From a virus, in IMG/VR virus record IMGVR_UViG_3300046047_000262: a stretch of 64,000 bases of DNA; one strand, 5' to 3'. This document shows, piece after piece, positions 46,739 through 57,902 of the stretch. Within the stretch, counting starts at the first letter, position 1. Each line of letters starts with the position of its first letter. A model generated the notes under the pieces. That model was not told where the DNA came from. It did no database searches and worked only from the letters and a program-made list of their open reading frames with translations. A program made the position numbers and the translations under genes.

Positions 46739-49228
46739 TCATATGGTGAATCGCTTTGATGCCTTTGATCCTGGTTCAATGTTTGGTCGTTCTGGTGTCA
46801 CAGTGGGTTCATCATCGGCGAATGGGTCGAAGTCGGTCAGACTGTCATCATTGATATCGAATGACGGCAGACTCATATCCTCGTTGGTTATGGGCTTCTG
46901 ATGATCGGTCGTATGAGTAACAGGTTTCTGAACGTCCATAACAGGAGTATCATCGATCATCCTGCTCTTGTGCACTGCGGTATGACCAGTATTACGATCC
47001 TTACTGCTTGGTGTGGCCGTCTTCGTCATCGTATTATCATCCACAGGATTGTTTATACTATAAGGTTTCCTAGTTGCGGTATTATCCGTTTGTTCTCGTT
47101 TGATGACTGGTGCGCTTTCACCAACGATACTAGGTTTGATGATGTCCATGGGAGCCATAGAGGGATCGTAATAGTTCTCTAATACCTCGTATGGGGGTAT
47201 CATGATTACTTTATGTGCTACTGCACCTGATGTGTTCTTATCAATCCTGTCGTATGAGTTCTTCTTGATGATGATCGCTTCCGATTTGTAATTGTTCTCA
47301 TCACTCGGCATTGACAAATGGGCGAACTCTGATGGGTCGATGATCCATTCATCAGTCGCTGGAGCAATGTTAACATTGAAATTCCTGTTGTTATTCCAAT
47401 TGAATACGCCTAGCATTTGTTGGTTACGTTTCATAACACTGTAATGTGCAATCTTATGCGTACCGATAATCTTCGCCGCCATCATTCCAGTATCATAATT
47501 CGAACCAGCATGGAATATGAAGTTAGAACACGTATCAAGCAATGATGAAATGTATGCTGCCGTTCCCGTAGCTTCCTCGATCTGTTTCAATGATTGGAAT
47601 GCGAGGGTTACACCAGTCTTCGCTGATCGACCTTTTTCCAAGATGGATTTCACGCATGTGGGTGGAAGTGATTGGAACTCATCAATATATACTGATACAG
47701 GATTAATCTGTCCTGCATTGCCTCTTGATGATGACATGTTAGAGATATCGGTACATACTAATGAACCTATGAAGGCTCCTCGTGATTGTGATGTCGCCGC
47801 GTCCAGTGAGAACAGTACGACATTATTAGGTTCGCTGGCGAGCTTGAATATATCGATCGATTTACAATCCGTACCATTGTTGGAACGGAGCCAACGACCA
47901 TACTCGGATGACATGATGCCCTTGACGACGGATTGATACTCGCTTCTTGCCTGCTGGACTCTTTTAGCACTGTCGTTTCTCGCCATTGGGTTCAGTAATG
48001 CATTCAGTTCTGATGCCATCTGCCTGATATATGATGCTCCTTCGATCTTATTCATCGCATTGATCACTGCGTTCATGTTGCCAGGATCAAGCATCTGTGA
48101 GAATATAGGGAATTCTCCCTGAGTGGTATCTATTTCAGGCACTTTATCAAGGATACCTATTTTTCGAGCTTCCTCAATGATAGAGAAAACCTCCGAAAGA
48201 TACGTCAGGGCATTCTGACGGTATACTTCGGATTGCTTGTCCCATACTCTGGTACCCAGAAGCATATCGGCTTTGATAGATACCGAACCGTGTGCAAGAG
48301 GGTCCCATGTCGCTGGACCATCAGGATTATCAGCGACCTTGTAATCCTGATTAACCGAGAAGTGGTAGAAATGGGTACCTTGACGTTCACGAGCCATATG
48401 AGCAACTCCTGAAGCCAACTCAGGATCATTTTTATTATCTATGATGAAAGTGGTCTTACCTGAATCTATATCTCTTTTAATACAGGACAACATGGTTTTC
48501 GTCTTGCCTGAGCCTGCGGCACCAGTGATGATAGTATGCTTCACCACTTCATTTTCATTACGGATAATAGGTACCCATCGGCGTTCCTTAGTAGGATCGG
48601 ATGCCATGTTCATCGGCTTATCCTCGATACCCAACGGAATGTTACCAGTGTTCCCATAAGGTACGAGAGTATCCTCTTTCATGGATTTTATGGTTTTCTG
48701 CTTACGGTATATCTCCAATGGGGTCAGTCTGAATTCAAAGTGGTACATCCAAGGCTTGACACCTTCTACAGTGGTAAGGAACGGAAACTTTCGCATCTGC
48801 CTGATCTGATGCTGAACAAGCAATATGCCGACCCATGGTCCTAGAATAAGACCAAGCGTTATGGCACTGATGATTACAGGTGATACCAAAGTGCCGTACC
48901 CATGAAGGATTCCATTGAATCCACCCATGGAGTTCCAAGCTGCATCAATTTGGGATACGGGATGAAGAGCCATCATGAGGATAGTTCCGATGGCTGTGAC
49001 TATTAGTCCTAATGTAGCGAGAACGGAACGCTTTAATCGAAGGAATCTGAATAAAGCATAGAATAGGGATGCTATGATGATGAACGGTACGAAGACAATA
49101 GTGATGACAGCAGTGATCAATCCGGCAAGTAACTTACCGAAATCACCGTTGTCACTAGTACCATTATCCTGGCCCGCGTCATCAATCTTATCCTCATCTA
49201 TTGTCGTTGAGGGATCATCATATACCAT
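46739..49228 (-). CDS. VirD4/TraD-like type IV coupling protein
   Basis: N-terminal TM helices; HTIITGAAGSGKT; IDNKND; VYIDEFQ; EKGRSA..V.LAFQS. Confidence 0.82.
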   Translation of the reverse strand: MVYDDPSTTIDEDKIDDAGQDNGTSDNGDFGKLLAGLITAVITIVFVPFIIIASLFYALFRFLRLKRSVLATLGLIVTAIGTILMMALHPVSQIDAAWNSMGGFNGILHGYGTLVSPVIISAITLGLILGPWVGILLVQHQIRQMRKFPFLTTVEGVKPWMYHFEFRLTPLEIYRKQKTIKSMKEDTLVPYGNTGNIPLGIEDKPMNMASDPTKERRWVPIIRNENEVVKHTIITGAAGSGKTKTMLSCIKRDIDSGKTTFIIDNKNDPELASGVAHMARERQGTHFYHFSVNQDYKVADNPDGPATWDPLAHGSVSIKADMLLGTRVWDKQSEVYRQNALTYLSEVFSIIEEARKIGILDKVPEIDTTQGEFPIFSQMLDPGNMNAVINAMNKIEGASYIRQMASELNALLNPMARNDSAKRVQQARSEYQSVVKGIMSSEYGRWLRSNNGTDCKSIDIFKLASEPNNVVLFSLDAATSQSRGAFIGSLVCTDISNMSSSRGNAGQINPVSVYIDEFQSLPPTCVKSILEKGRSAKTGVTLAFQSLKQIEEATGTAAYISSLLDTCSNFIFHAGSNYDTGMMAAKIIGTHKIAHYSVMKRNQQMLGVFNWNNNRNFNVNIAPATDEWIIDPSEFAHLSMPSDENNYKSEAIIIKKNSYDRIDKNTSGAVAHKVIMIPPYEVLENYYDPSMAPMDIIKPSIVGESAPVIKREQTDNTATRKPYSINNPVDDNTMTKTATPSSKDRNTGHTAVHKSRMIDDTPVMDVQKPVTHTTDHQKPITNEDMSLPSFDINDDSLTDFDPFADDEPTVTPERPNIEPGSKASKRFTI

Positions 49229-49266
49229 GTATACTCAATATCAATTGATTGTATATGTGTACATAT

Positions 49267-50400
49267 TTAATCGTCGAATCTAGCGAGCTCTGCTATAGCA
49301 CCTCGTATATCAGGGTCTTCAGGATACCCCGCTCTACTGAACATACCATCCTTATATTCCCATATCTTGTTCGTTCTGATGGCTGCGGTTTCATCGTTCT
49401 TTATGATATTCGATACCTCAGTGATCTCAGTGACTTTATGTTCCCCTGTCTTCTTGATCTTTGCTATCTGGACAATATAATCAATGCTCTCTGCGATATC
49501 CTTATTAATAGCTGACATCGGCATACTGGCTGCTCCTGGCGATTTTTTGACGAACCTGGCCATCTTACCTAAAGCTCTGTTCGGATCATCAGCGTGAATA
49601 GTAGTCAAGGATCCTTCATAACCAGAATTGGCGGCGGTCAGGAAGTCAGCGAACTCAGGACCCCTGGTTTCACCAATGATGACTCTTGCTGGTCTCATTC
49701 TGTTTACCTGAGCCACAACCCATGCAAGGGATGCCTGATCCTTTGCATCACGACCTGGTGCATCCGGGTAGCTGGCAAGATAGGATACATCTTGGATGTC
49801 CAGTCTCAATTCGGGGGCATCCTCACATACGATGACTCTCTCATCTTCTTTGAAATACTTTACCATGGCCGATAGCAGGGTCGTCTTACCTGCTCCGGAT
49901 CCACCTGAAACGACTACCGTCTTCTTCTTCTCCACAAACAACTGGATAAGCTTACGCATATCCGAATTCATGGTGCCCATTGCGGTCAATGATTGCATAG
50001 TCTGGCCAAGATCATTCTTCACCATGGTTACCTGAGGGAACCCTTCAACGGCTACTGGTGGCAGAACAATATGAGTCCTAGCCCTGACTTCCTTGCCATC
50101 AACCATAAGCCTGATGCTACCCTCGAACAAACAGAACGATTCCCTGATCTTATTACCATAATGAACCATATTACTTTCCAGGTCCTCGGTACCTCTCATG
50201 AAATCGTCATTGTCTTCCCATCTGACGTATTGTTTCGTCCCATTGACCTCAATTGGATTCACGGGAACACGCTTACCATTCTTGGTCATGAAGATGTTAT
50301 CAGGACCGTTGATCATGATTTCCGATACTGACGGCATGGCTAACAGAGTGAACAGCACCTTCCATTGTTTGGTTGAGGTTTTACTCAGGTCCACAGACAT
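49267..50400 (-). CDS. CpaF/VirB11-family secretion ATPase
   Basis: SEIMING, SGGSGAGKTT, CEDAPEL, RMRPARVIIGETRG.E, TTIHA. Confidence 0.9.
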   Translation of the reverse strand: MSVDLSKTSTKQWKVLFTLLAMPSVSEIMINGPDNIFMTKNGKRVPVNPIEVNGTKQYVRWEDNDDFMRGTEDLESNMVHYGNKIRESFCLFEGSIRLMVDGKEVRARTHIVLPPVAVEGFPQVTMVKNDLGQTMQSLTAMGTMNSDMRKLIQLFVEKKKTVVVSGGSGAGKTTLLSAMVKYFKEDERVIVCEDAPELRLDIQDVSYLASYPDAPGRDAKDQASLAWVVAQVNRMRPARVIIGETRGPEFADFLTAANSGYEGSLTTIHADDPNRALGKMARFVKKSPGAASMPMSAINKDIAESIDYIVQIAKIKKTGEHKVTEITEVSNIIKNDETAAIRTNKIWEYKDGMFSRAGYPEDPDIRGAIAELARFDD

Positions 50401-50415
50401 ATATTCTTGCTCCTT

Positions 50416-50685
50416 TTATCTCAGGTTTTTTACTGGACGGAACTTAATATCGGAATGTGCAGTACTCTGGGTCGTGCTACCTGTTGATGGAACGTAGACC
50501 TCCCGTGAAGGTACCTCCTTCTTCGTGAATGAACCTACCCCACGAATCTTGATAACGGTGTCAGCATCGGCGTCATGCAACTCATCGGCAAGGGCTTCGA
50601 ACACTTTTTCCACTCTGTACGCACTGATACCATTCTTCTCGGATATCTTTTTGACTAGTTCCCTGTGGTTTAATGTTGTGGTCAT
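50416..50685 (-). CDS. HU/IHF-family DNA-binding protein
   Basis: IRGVGSF...R...P.TG...KFRP. Confidence 0.85.
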   Translation of the reverse strand: MTTTLNHRELVKKISEKNGISAYRVEKVFEALADELHDADADTVIKIRGVGSFTKKEVPSREVYVPSTGSTTQSTAHSDIKFRPVKNLR

Positions 50686-51221
50686 GAAATGCCTTTCGTG
50701 TGATCATTGTCATCGTATTTGAATCCTGAGTCCATGGAGCTCTCATCGGGTTCCACATTGATTCTCGGTTGTATGTCATCAATGGAGAGCAGATCATTGA
50801 TCTTCGATAGTGTGGTGTCATCATTATCGTGAGCAGTTGGTTTCAATGATTCAAAAGGATTAGAAACCCGCTGATGCTCAACGGGGATATCTATACTAAT
50901 CTTCGTTTCCTCATCATGGAACAACTCATCACTGCTCATCTCCTCGTCATTATCATCAGCGTCGATAATGTCAGGCAAGGATTCCTCCTCAGGCTCTTCA
51001 ACAGTTTCATTGGTGATCTCATCCTTGGAGATCACCCCCAGTGAATCCTCGCCGCCGCGACCTACTTCATCGGAATCCTCGATCACCGGCAGTATAGGCA
51101 AAGCCTGATCCTCGTATGCCTTTGATTGTTTCATACCGATGATGAATAATACAATGGAGACTATAAGGACTATTAGCATACATGCTAGCAACCCGTAACC
51201 AACTATATTTATCAGGTTCAT
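50682..51221 (-). CDS. Acidic membrane-anchored protein
   Basis: N-terminal TM helix; D/E-rich. Confidence 0.6.
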   Translation of the reverse strand: MNLINIVGYGLLACMLIVLIVSIVLFIIGMKQSKAYEDQALPILPVIEDSDEVGRGGEDSLGVISKDEITNETVEEPEEESLPDIIDADDNDEEMSSDELFHDEETKISIDIPVEHQRVSNPFESLKPTAHDNDDTTLSKINDLLSIDDIQPRINVEPDESSMDSGFKYDDNDHTKGIS

Positions 51222-52276
51222 TTCCCACTCCTGTCTATGAGACGTAATGCCAGGAACACTGGTCGTTCCTGTGAGAGTTCAGGCATATTGATGAAGGCCG
51301 ACCATGATCCATGACCGTGGTCATGGTCATACTTGATGGCGAATTCCCTGAGTCCACCTGACTCCGTGGCGATGAGATTCTTGAAATCATTGATGACTGC
51401 ACTCTGCTTGCTTTTCTCATTCTTACTGAGTCTGCCGATGGCGTCGGTGTCATAGAGACCCAGGCCGTTGACTATCTGTAATCGTTGTTCAGGAACAATA
51501 TCCAGGTAATTCATGTATTCCATCCAGAATTGCTTGCTATCTGGTTCAAGAAGGGATGATATGCCGCCATTATCGGAAACCTCCCTATCAATGACCACAG
51601 CATCGGTGACAGGTGTATGCATCGGGTATCCCGTATTGAAATCCGATTGTTCCGTGACATCCTTGAGCGTCATCTTCGCGTTCTCTTTGAATGCCGTTTT
51701 GTTGGATCCCTTACGACCATACATGGACTTCCAATCAGCCTGTCCTGAATGGAAGTACTCCAGTACCTCATCATCACTCGGTTCCCTTCCGAGGTCGGCT
51801 TTCATCTTCGTCCTTACTGCGGCTATCTTTCTGAAAATACGGAGTTTCGATGGTGACATGCCGAATTCGGATTCGTTCTTACTCGCGGCACGTTCAACAG
51901 TGGTCTTGATCCAATTCATCAGGTAGTTCATGGCTGAATCCATCTTGTTGAGGTCGGCTTTCATCAGCATCTTATACAGCCCCTCAAGAGCGGCCTGTTT
52001 GAGGTCTTCCTCTTCAAGGATCACATGAAAAGCACGGGGCTTATCCATTTCATCCCTAACAACCCTGTTGATAAGCCATTCAACCCTGGAGTATATGATT
52101 GCGAAAGCATCGTCACCTTTCCTGACGGCACGTCGCAGATCAACACGCTCCGAACGAGTCAACGACCCATCATCATCGGCTAGTTTAAGCTTTGCCGACT
52201 CACCTGCTTGGAACAATGGAAGATTAGCCTCGTACAGATCCTTATCGATGAAATTCGATCCATGTGCTTTCTTCAC
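51218..52276 (-). CDS. Divergent sigma-70-like protein (regions 2-3)
   Basis: EDLKQAALEGL...NYLMNWIK (region 2); LGREPSDDEV (region 3). Confidence 0.65.
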   Translation of the reverse strand: MKKAHGSNFIDKDLYEANLPLFQAGESAKLKLADDDGSLTRSERVDLRRAVRKGDDAFAIIYSRVEWLINRVVRDEMDKPRAFHVILEEEDLKQAALEGLYKMLMKADLNKMDSAMNYLMNWIKTTVERAASKNESEFGMSPSKLRIFRKIAAVRTKMKADLGREPSDDEVLEYFHSGQADWKSMYGRKGSNKTAFKENAKMTLKDVTEQSDFNTGYPMHTPVTDAVVIDREVSDNGGISSLLEPDSKQFWMEYMNYLDIVPEQRLQIVNGLGLYDTDAIGRLSKNEKSKQSAVINDFKNLIATESGGLREFAIKYDHDHGHGSWSAFINMPELSQERPVFLALRLIDRSGK

Positions 52277-52305
52277 GGTAATAGAATATCGTTGTTTACG
52301 CTTAT

Positions 52306-52746
52306 TTAGCTTCTGGACCCAGTGGAACCGAACCCACCTTGACCACGATCAGTATCATCAAGATCAGAACTTGGAACGAATACTGCGGGGACATAATCCT
52401 GAATCACTAATTGGGCTATACGATCACCTGTTTCCACATGGAACGTGGTATCCGATGTGTTCAACAAGCACACCATGATCTCACCCCTGTACCCAGAGTC
52501 AATCAGTCCAGGAGCGTTCACAATAGTGATGCCATGCTTCGCCGCCAGACCTGATCGTGGTACCACGTAACCAAGGAACCCATCTGGGATCTGCAGTGCG
52601 ATACCAGTTCTCACCAAGTGTCTCTCACCTGGTTTAAGATCAATGGTCTCAGATGATGACAAGTCAGCACCTGCATCATCAGCATGCTTCCTGTTAGGGA
52701 GTACCGCTTGGGGATCGTCATTGATTTTCTTTGCCTTGATCTGCAT
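52306..52746 (-). CDS. dut: dUTPase
   Basis: AGADL, PRSGLA, IDSGYRGE, RIAQL, RGQGGFGSTG. Confidence 0.97.
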   Translation of the reverse strand: MQIKAKKINDDPQAVLPNRKHADDAGADLSSSETIDLKPGERHLVRTGIALQIPDGFLGYVVPRSGLAAKHGITIVNAPGLIDSGYRGEIMVCLLNTSDTTFHVETGDRIAQLVIQDYVPAVFVPSSDLDDTDRGQGGFGSTGSRS

Positions 52747-52824
52747 GTATTATCCTTTCATGGGTATTGTTCAATATGTATATATTGTACCGAGAATTCA
52801 TGGGTATTACGATATTCGTGATAT

Positions 52825-53634
52825 ATGACTACGGTATATGCTAGGTTCGTTATTAATAAGAAGGATTGGTTGTCGAGTAATCAGCGTCTGAGTCCGATCA
52901 TGGCGGGATTACGCAGTAAGAGAATACAGGATTACGCAGAAAAAGTGTGGCGCGGTGCTGTTGCTGATCAGTTCGGCATAGAACCTGTAGAACCTGACAG
53001 GACTTCTATCAGTGTTGACGATGGGTATGATACTCCAGGTGAGGATTCCTTGCTATCAGTATTAGAAGAACGGTTGGCTTCCCTGATCGATAAAAGAACC
53101 GCATGGGATAATGAACATAGTACGGTATTCAAGAATGCGAAGACCCATGATCCTGATGCCTACGTTAAACTGCAAGCAGAGCGTAAGGGGATAGCAGAAG
53201 CGATAACCAGGCAGAAGCATGCGGTCAGTGTTCACAAGAACAAGACGAAAAAGGACAATAACAAAGCTCAGAGAGTCCATGAGCGTAACCTGGATAAGGA
53301 GCTCGTCAGGGAACGATTACGGTTGAACGCCGGTAACAGGGTATTCTCCACGCCCGTGCGTTTTCATGTCAGGGTACATAATATATCAACACACTTGTTT
53401 GATAGTCCTAATGCTTACCCCACGGTGAAACCAACCGAGGATGCGGGTACGAGAACAGGGGTGCTATGGGATGATGATAATAATTCCTGTATTCCGATCA
53501 CCACGTTCAGGGGAGCCCCGATGCTGGGGCATGATTACATCCTTGACATCATAGTGGAATCCATTGACACGCCGTTATCCGAGGATCCATTCGCTCAGTA
53601 CGAGCATGAGTTGGATGAATTCCCCAAGTATTGA
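52825..53634 (+). CDS. RusA-like nuclease with coiled-coil insertion
   Basis: DSPNAYPTVKPTEDAG..GVLWDDDN resembles RusA catalytic motifs. Confidence 0.55.
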   Translation: MTTVYARFVINKKDWLSSNQRLSPIMAGLRSKRIQDYAEKVWRGAVADQFGIEPVEPDRTSISVDDGYDTPGEDSLLSVLEERLASLIDKRTAWDNEHSTVFKNAKTHDPDAYVKLQAERKGIAEAITRQKHAVSVHKNKTKKDNNKAQRVHERNLDKELVRERLRLNAGNRVFSTPVRFHVRVHNISTHLFDSPNAYPTVKPTEDAGTRTGVLWDDDNNSCIPITTFRGAPMLGHDYILDIIVESIDTPLSEDPFAQYEHELDEFPKY

Positions 53635-53645
53635 ACCTATATGAT

Positions 53646-54410
53646 TTAGTACCAGTTATTGGATTGCCAGAAACTCCAACCACCGCAAGGTGAACCATAA
53701 CGGCCATTAAGATATGAGATCACCCATTTTATCTGGGTTACACCATTATCCTTCCAATCATCACCAAACGACGCCATTTTGCTTCCTGGTAATGCTTGAC
53801 CCAATCCGTATGCACCTGATGACGCATTGGTGGCATGGACGTTCCACCCGCTCTCATGAGTAATGATGTTACTGAGACAGGAGTATTCACTATCGCTTAA
53901 TGCGGATTTCGCGTAATCCGCAGCGTCCCCTGTTCCCGTGTTCGTCGTAGTGTTGTCATCAGTATTGGCGGCATTGTTATTGGAAACAGCTTTAAGAGCG
54001 GCGGCTTTTTGCGCCGCATCAGCATCCGCTTTTGCTTTAGCTGCGGCGGCCGCCGCCGCAGCATTACGCTCGTTAATGATCTGGGTCTGAGCATCAGCAC
54101 TTGCTTTGATGTTCTTACCCATGTTCTCGGTATCGTAACCCATTGACCACGAGCCATCATCATCGGATTCCGAGAACAGATCCTTTCTCGTGTAATCCCT
54201 GCTGACATTGTTGGATGTTCTCGGTGTTGATGATACCGTTTTAACGGTACTTGTCGAATTGGATGTTCTACTATTAGTATGCGAGCTGTTGGTATCCGAA
54301 TTCTGGTATGAAGGCAGCACCCTCATGATCGTGAACAAGGATAATGCTATCAACACTATTGTCACTATGGAACAGGCTGTTTTCACTAGTAATGTTCGAG
54401 TAATATGCAA
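53646..54410 (-). CDS. Secreted lytic transglycosylase (SLT-type)
   Basis: HESGWN..ATNASSGAYGLGQALPGSKM...YLNGRYGSPC. Confidence 0.88.
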   Translation of the reverse strand: MHITRTLLVKTACSIVTIVLIALSLFTIMRVLPSYQNSDTNSSHTNSRTSNSTSTVKTVSSTPRTSNNVSRDYTRKDLFSESDDDGSWSMGYDTENMGKNIKASADAQTQIINERNAAAAAAAAKAKADADAAQKAAALKAVSNNNAANTDDNTTTNTGTGDAADYAKSALSDSEYSCLSNIITHESGWNVHATNASSGAYGLGQALPGSKMASFGDDWKDNGVTQIKWVISYLNGRYGSPCGGWSFWQSNNWY

Positions 54411-54601
54411 AAGTTGTATCCTTTATCAGATGAATAATGATGCGGCTATAGGTAGTATCATTGCTACCGCTGCGATGATGACGATAAGCTTGGTCGCCAT
54501 TGTTTTCATGTTGCGATGCTTTTCATAGGCTTCTTGTTCAGCAGCCAGTTGTTCTCGTTTCTGTGACAAGGTATTACGATGCTGATTATGGGATGGCATG
54601 G

Positions 54602-54823
54602 TTATTCGTGATCCTTAGTATATGCTATGAGCATTACCCCAGTACCAATGCTTATGATTCCGAGGATGCCCGTCATGGCACCTGCTGGGGATAGAGAATC
54701 AACGGTAACCCCAGCGGCGGCGTACGTACTTATAGTGGGGATGAACAAACATCCCAATGAGATGATGATCACGCCAGCGATCATCAACACCCAAGCTATT
54801 ATACTACGACTAGTATTGATCAT
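54602..54823 (-). CDS. Small membrane protein
   Basis: Two TM helices. Confidence 0.5.
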   Translation of the reverse strand: MINTSRSIIAWVLMIAGVIIISLGCLFIPTISTYAAAGVTVDSLSPAGAMTGILGIISIGTGVMLIAYTKDHE

Positions 54824-54835
54824 ACTACCATAATA

Positions 54836-55423
54836 TCAATTATTTGCCCCGATGCCTGTCCAGCCGTCTTTTTGTCGATAGTATGCATGGGTGCCGATGA
54901 TGATCTCAGTGAAAATGTTCTGCGCGTTATACGTATTGATGAAATCAATGATGATATCAGCAACAGTGTCAGCATCATCATCAGCGATGCCATTGATATC
55001 AATGGTTGAAGCTATATTGCCATCAAAGGAATCAAGCATATTCTCTGTCGGGATGTTACCTCTAAGCCATTCTCGTTCTTCCTCATCGGTACTCCACATC
55101 TCTGTGGTTGCCGCAGCATAGACATCCCCGTTGCATGAGTAGGGTATATGGAGATTATCAATAATAATGGAAGCTACTCTTTTTCGTAATGTTGATCTCC
55201 CGTAACGTATCTTCTCTGATAACGCATATTCGATTTCCTTATCATGAGGATGCATTCGAAGGTATTGCAAAGACCCCATGGCACTTTTCCTGTTGATGAT
55301 GTTCTCTTGCTCTTGTAAACGGTCAATATTCAGATTCTTGTATTGTGCTGCTCGTTTACGCGATGGTTCCTTAGTCTTCCTGACGAATGCGACTAACTGG
55401 TTATCAGAATTCAATGTGTACAT
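54836..55423 (-). CDS. Hypothetical protein
   Basis: 195-aa ORF with SD AAGGAG. Confidence 0.6.
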   Translation of the reverse strand: MYTLNSDNQLVAFVRKTKEPSRKRAAQYKNLNIDRLQEQENIINRKSAMGSLQYLRMHPHDKEIEYALSEKIRYGRSTLRKRVASIIIDNLHIPYSCNGDVYAAATTEMWSTDEEEREWLRGNIPTENMLDSFDGNIASTIDINGIADDDADTVADIIIDFINTYNAQNIFTEIIIGTHAYYRQKDGWTGIGANN

Positions 55424-55536
55424 ACTCCTTTCATAGCATTATTCTCATCCTCACAGCTTATGATCAGTCAACCCATAATAGTCTCCTCCCAGATACCTAC
55501 GAAAAACATGATGGAATAACAGTAGTCGCTTTTTGA

Positions 55537-56607
55537 TTGAATGTCAAGTCCGTATCGAATACTCCTATGATTACCCCCGAATATTCATATGATATAATGT
55601 TCGGTATGAATACAGACAATGATAACAACACTGATAACAAACATGAGGGCAAGGCCATTGCGGCAGCGTTAGCGGCGAATGCTGGCGTAGCGATAATGAA
55701 AGGATTGGTCGCCGCGTTCACAGGATCGGCATCCATGCTCAGCGAAGCGATTCACTCGGCATCCGATTGCGGTAATGAGATCACCCTGATTATTGGTAAA
55801 CGAGTAGGCAACAGGAAATCATCGGAAAAACACCCGTTCGGGTATTCCCGTGCACGATACATAGCATCTCTACTCGTAGCCATCCTGCTGTTCGTACTCG
55901 GTGGAGTGTACTCGGTCATGCAATCATGGTCCAAGCTCATGTTCGTCATGTCATCACCAGAAGCAAGGATCGTACACCCGCATGAACTCCTCATTGCACT
56001 GGGCATCGTCATCGTATCAGCGGGACTGGAAGGATACTCATTACGTAACGGCATCATGGAAGCCAAGGCACAATCGGAAATCAGGGGTGAATCATGGTCG
56101 AACGTGTTGTCATTCTGGAAGCACACGAAATCATCCGAACTCGCCGCTGTGCTCACCGAGGACATCCTTGCTCTTATCGGTCTTGGGCTTGCCGCATTGG
56201 GCATCATCGTATCATTGATCACAGGTGATGACATGTTCGATGCCATTGGAGGTGTCGCCATTGGTATCCTCCTGATCATCGGAGCATTCCTATTAGGGCA
56301 GAAGTCCTCATCCTTACTGATCGGTGAAGGTATTACCGATCATGAGAGCAAGCTGCTATCAGATGCCATCATGAGTGATTCCCGTGTCCATATGCTGATC
56401 AACAAGCAATGCCTACACCTTGCTGAGGATGTCGTACTAATCAACGCGAAGATCGAGGTGAATGATGAGATTCACACCGATGATGGCAATGTCATCAACA
56501 CCATTGAGGATCGTATGCGAGCCGCTGTTCCATGGTTGAAACTCGAAATCTATATCGAAGTAGATAAATATGACGCTGATTTCGTGTCATCACCCGATGC
56601 GTTATGA
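55537..56607 (+). CDS. Cation diffusion facilitator (CDF) transporter
   Basis: SMLSEAIHS.SD, HPFGY, VLTED; six TM helices; true start probably downstream of 55537. Confidence 0.9.
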   Translation: MNVKSVSNTPMITPEYSYDIMFGMNTDNDNNTDNKHEGKAIAAALAANAGVAIMKGLVAAFTGSASMLSEAIHSASDCGNEITLIIGKRVGNRKSSEKHPFGYSRARYIASLLVAILLFVLGGVYSVMQSWSKLMFVMSSPEARIVHPHELLIALGIVIVSAGLEGYSLRNGIMEAKAQSEIRGESWSNVLSFWKHTKSSELAAVLTEDILALIGLGLAALGIIVSLITGDDMFDAIGGVAIGILLIIGAFLLGQKSSSLLIGEGITDHESKLLSDAIMSDSRVHMLINKQCLHLAEDVVLINAKIEVNDEIHTDDGNVINTIEDRMRAAVPWLKLEIYIEVDKYDADFVSSPDAL

Positions 56608-57843
56608 TGCTGGACATATGGTGACAGGTGTACCATTCGATGACCCTATATGCGCCAGTTCGAATGATAATGGATGATCCTTACTGACCATCGCCGTGTC
56701 ACCAGTGTTTCCTTTAATGGTGAAGGATGAGCCGTTCCGTTTAATGAGAACGGCTCGTTCCAAACTGATCTTGTCCCAATTGACGTTATCAGAGCATACT
56801 ATACTACTGAGATCAATGGTTCCAGTCCATGGTATGCTCCATTTGGAATCAGTGGTTATCCTGATGTTCACTGGAACGTCCCATGATGATGCACCGTGAG
56901 TACCAGTGGTGCTGATGGTGGTAGTGAAATGCGAAGCGTCAACGTTCATATCATCAACGTCGGGTTTGATGCTCAGGTATATGGTCTTATCATTCGAGTA
57001 CTCATTCATGGTTCCATGTATGGTCAGTATGCCCGTGTCCTTATTGTACTCATGGGTGAGATTGTTCAGACCACTGACCTGATTGGTATCAGGGTTGATT
57101 CCCCAGAATGGTGGTAGTTTCGTATTAATGCTTAACGACCATGATGTCTTCTTGCCTGAGTACTGCTGGTTCTTATCGACGCGGATCACGTACTGAAAAT
57201 CTGGTGAGTTATCGGAATAGTACTGATATGAAGCCGTGACTGAGGTCTCCGCCTGATCATTATTGTCAGGTACGGTGCCATCGCCGTCAATGATGTCAGT
57301 ATCATTGGTATCATCCTGTATTCTCGTCCATGACCCTTTACCATTGGAACTGGTATACCTGTATGACCATCCAGCGTAGTGCTCGTTAGAACCGTCTATC
57401 GTGTACGTGTTATCATTGAGCACACTGATGGCAAGCGTGTTACCAGTGGACGTGTGGAACGCCTGAGAGCCGATATAGGCTATGCTGGACGGACCTATCG
57501 TCCATGTCTTACCCATGGTGCTGTTAGTGCTAACCGTGCTATCTGCGACGTTATACGATACTCCTGTGGTGGTATCGTTCACTGGGACTCCTGTGATGGT
57601 TATCCCCGATATGGAACCGTTGACGGATTGCGTTCCTGTTTCCATGGCAAGTGATGCATTGGATGCATCACTGACGACGGATGCCTTGAAAGCACTGATT
57701 TTCTGATTCAAGTATACTGGTATTGCTATCGCCGTAAGAATTCCGATGATAATGATGACCACAAGTAATTCTATAAGCGAGAATCCTTCTCGTTTATGGT
57801 TCATTCTGAGTTTCCTTAATGTTGATTGAAGCCGATTATTCAA
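56602..57843 (-). CDS. Type IV pilin-like protein with extended C-terminal domain
   Basis: Class III signal GFSLIELLVVIIIIGILTAIAIP; likely start 57804. Confidence 0.88.
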   Translation of the reverse strand: MNNRLQSTLRKLRMNHKREGFSLIELLVVIIIIGILTAIAIPVYLNQKISAFKASVVSDASNASLAMETGTQSVNGSISGITITGVPVNDTTTGVSYNVADSTVSTNSTMGKTWTIGPSSIAYIGSQAFHTSTGNTLAISVLNDNTYTIDGSNEHYAGWSYRYTSSNGKGSWTRIQDDTNDTDIIDGDGTVPDNNDQAETSVTASYQYYSDNSPDFQYVIRVDKNQQYSGKKTSWSLSINTKLPPFWGINPDTNQVSGLNNLTHEYNKDTGILTIHGTMNEYSNDKTIYLSIKPDVDDMNVDASHFTTTISTTGTHGASSWDVPVNIRITTDSKWSIPWTGTIDLSSIVCSDNVNWDKISLERAVLIKRNGSSFTIKGNTGDTAMVSKDHPLSFELAHIGSSNGTPVTICPAS

Positions 57844-57902
57844 ATATCGCGGCTATCAGGATATAACCTGTTATTGATATAATGATGCATAGGAGGAAAC
57901 AC

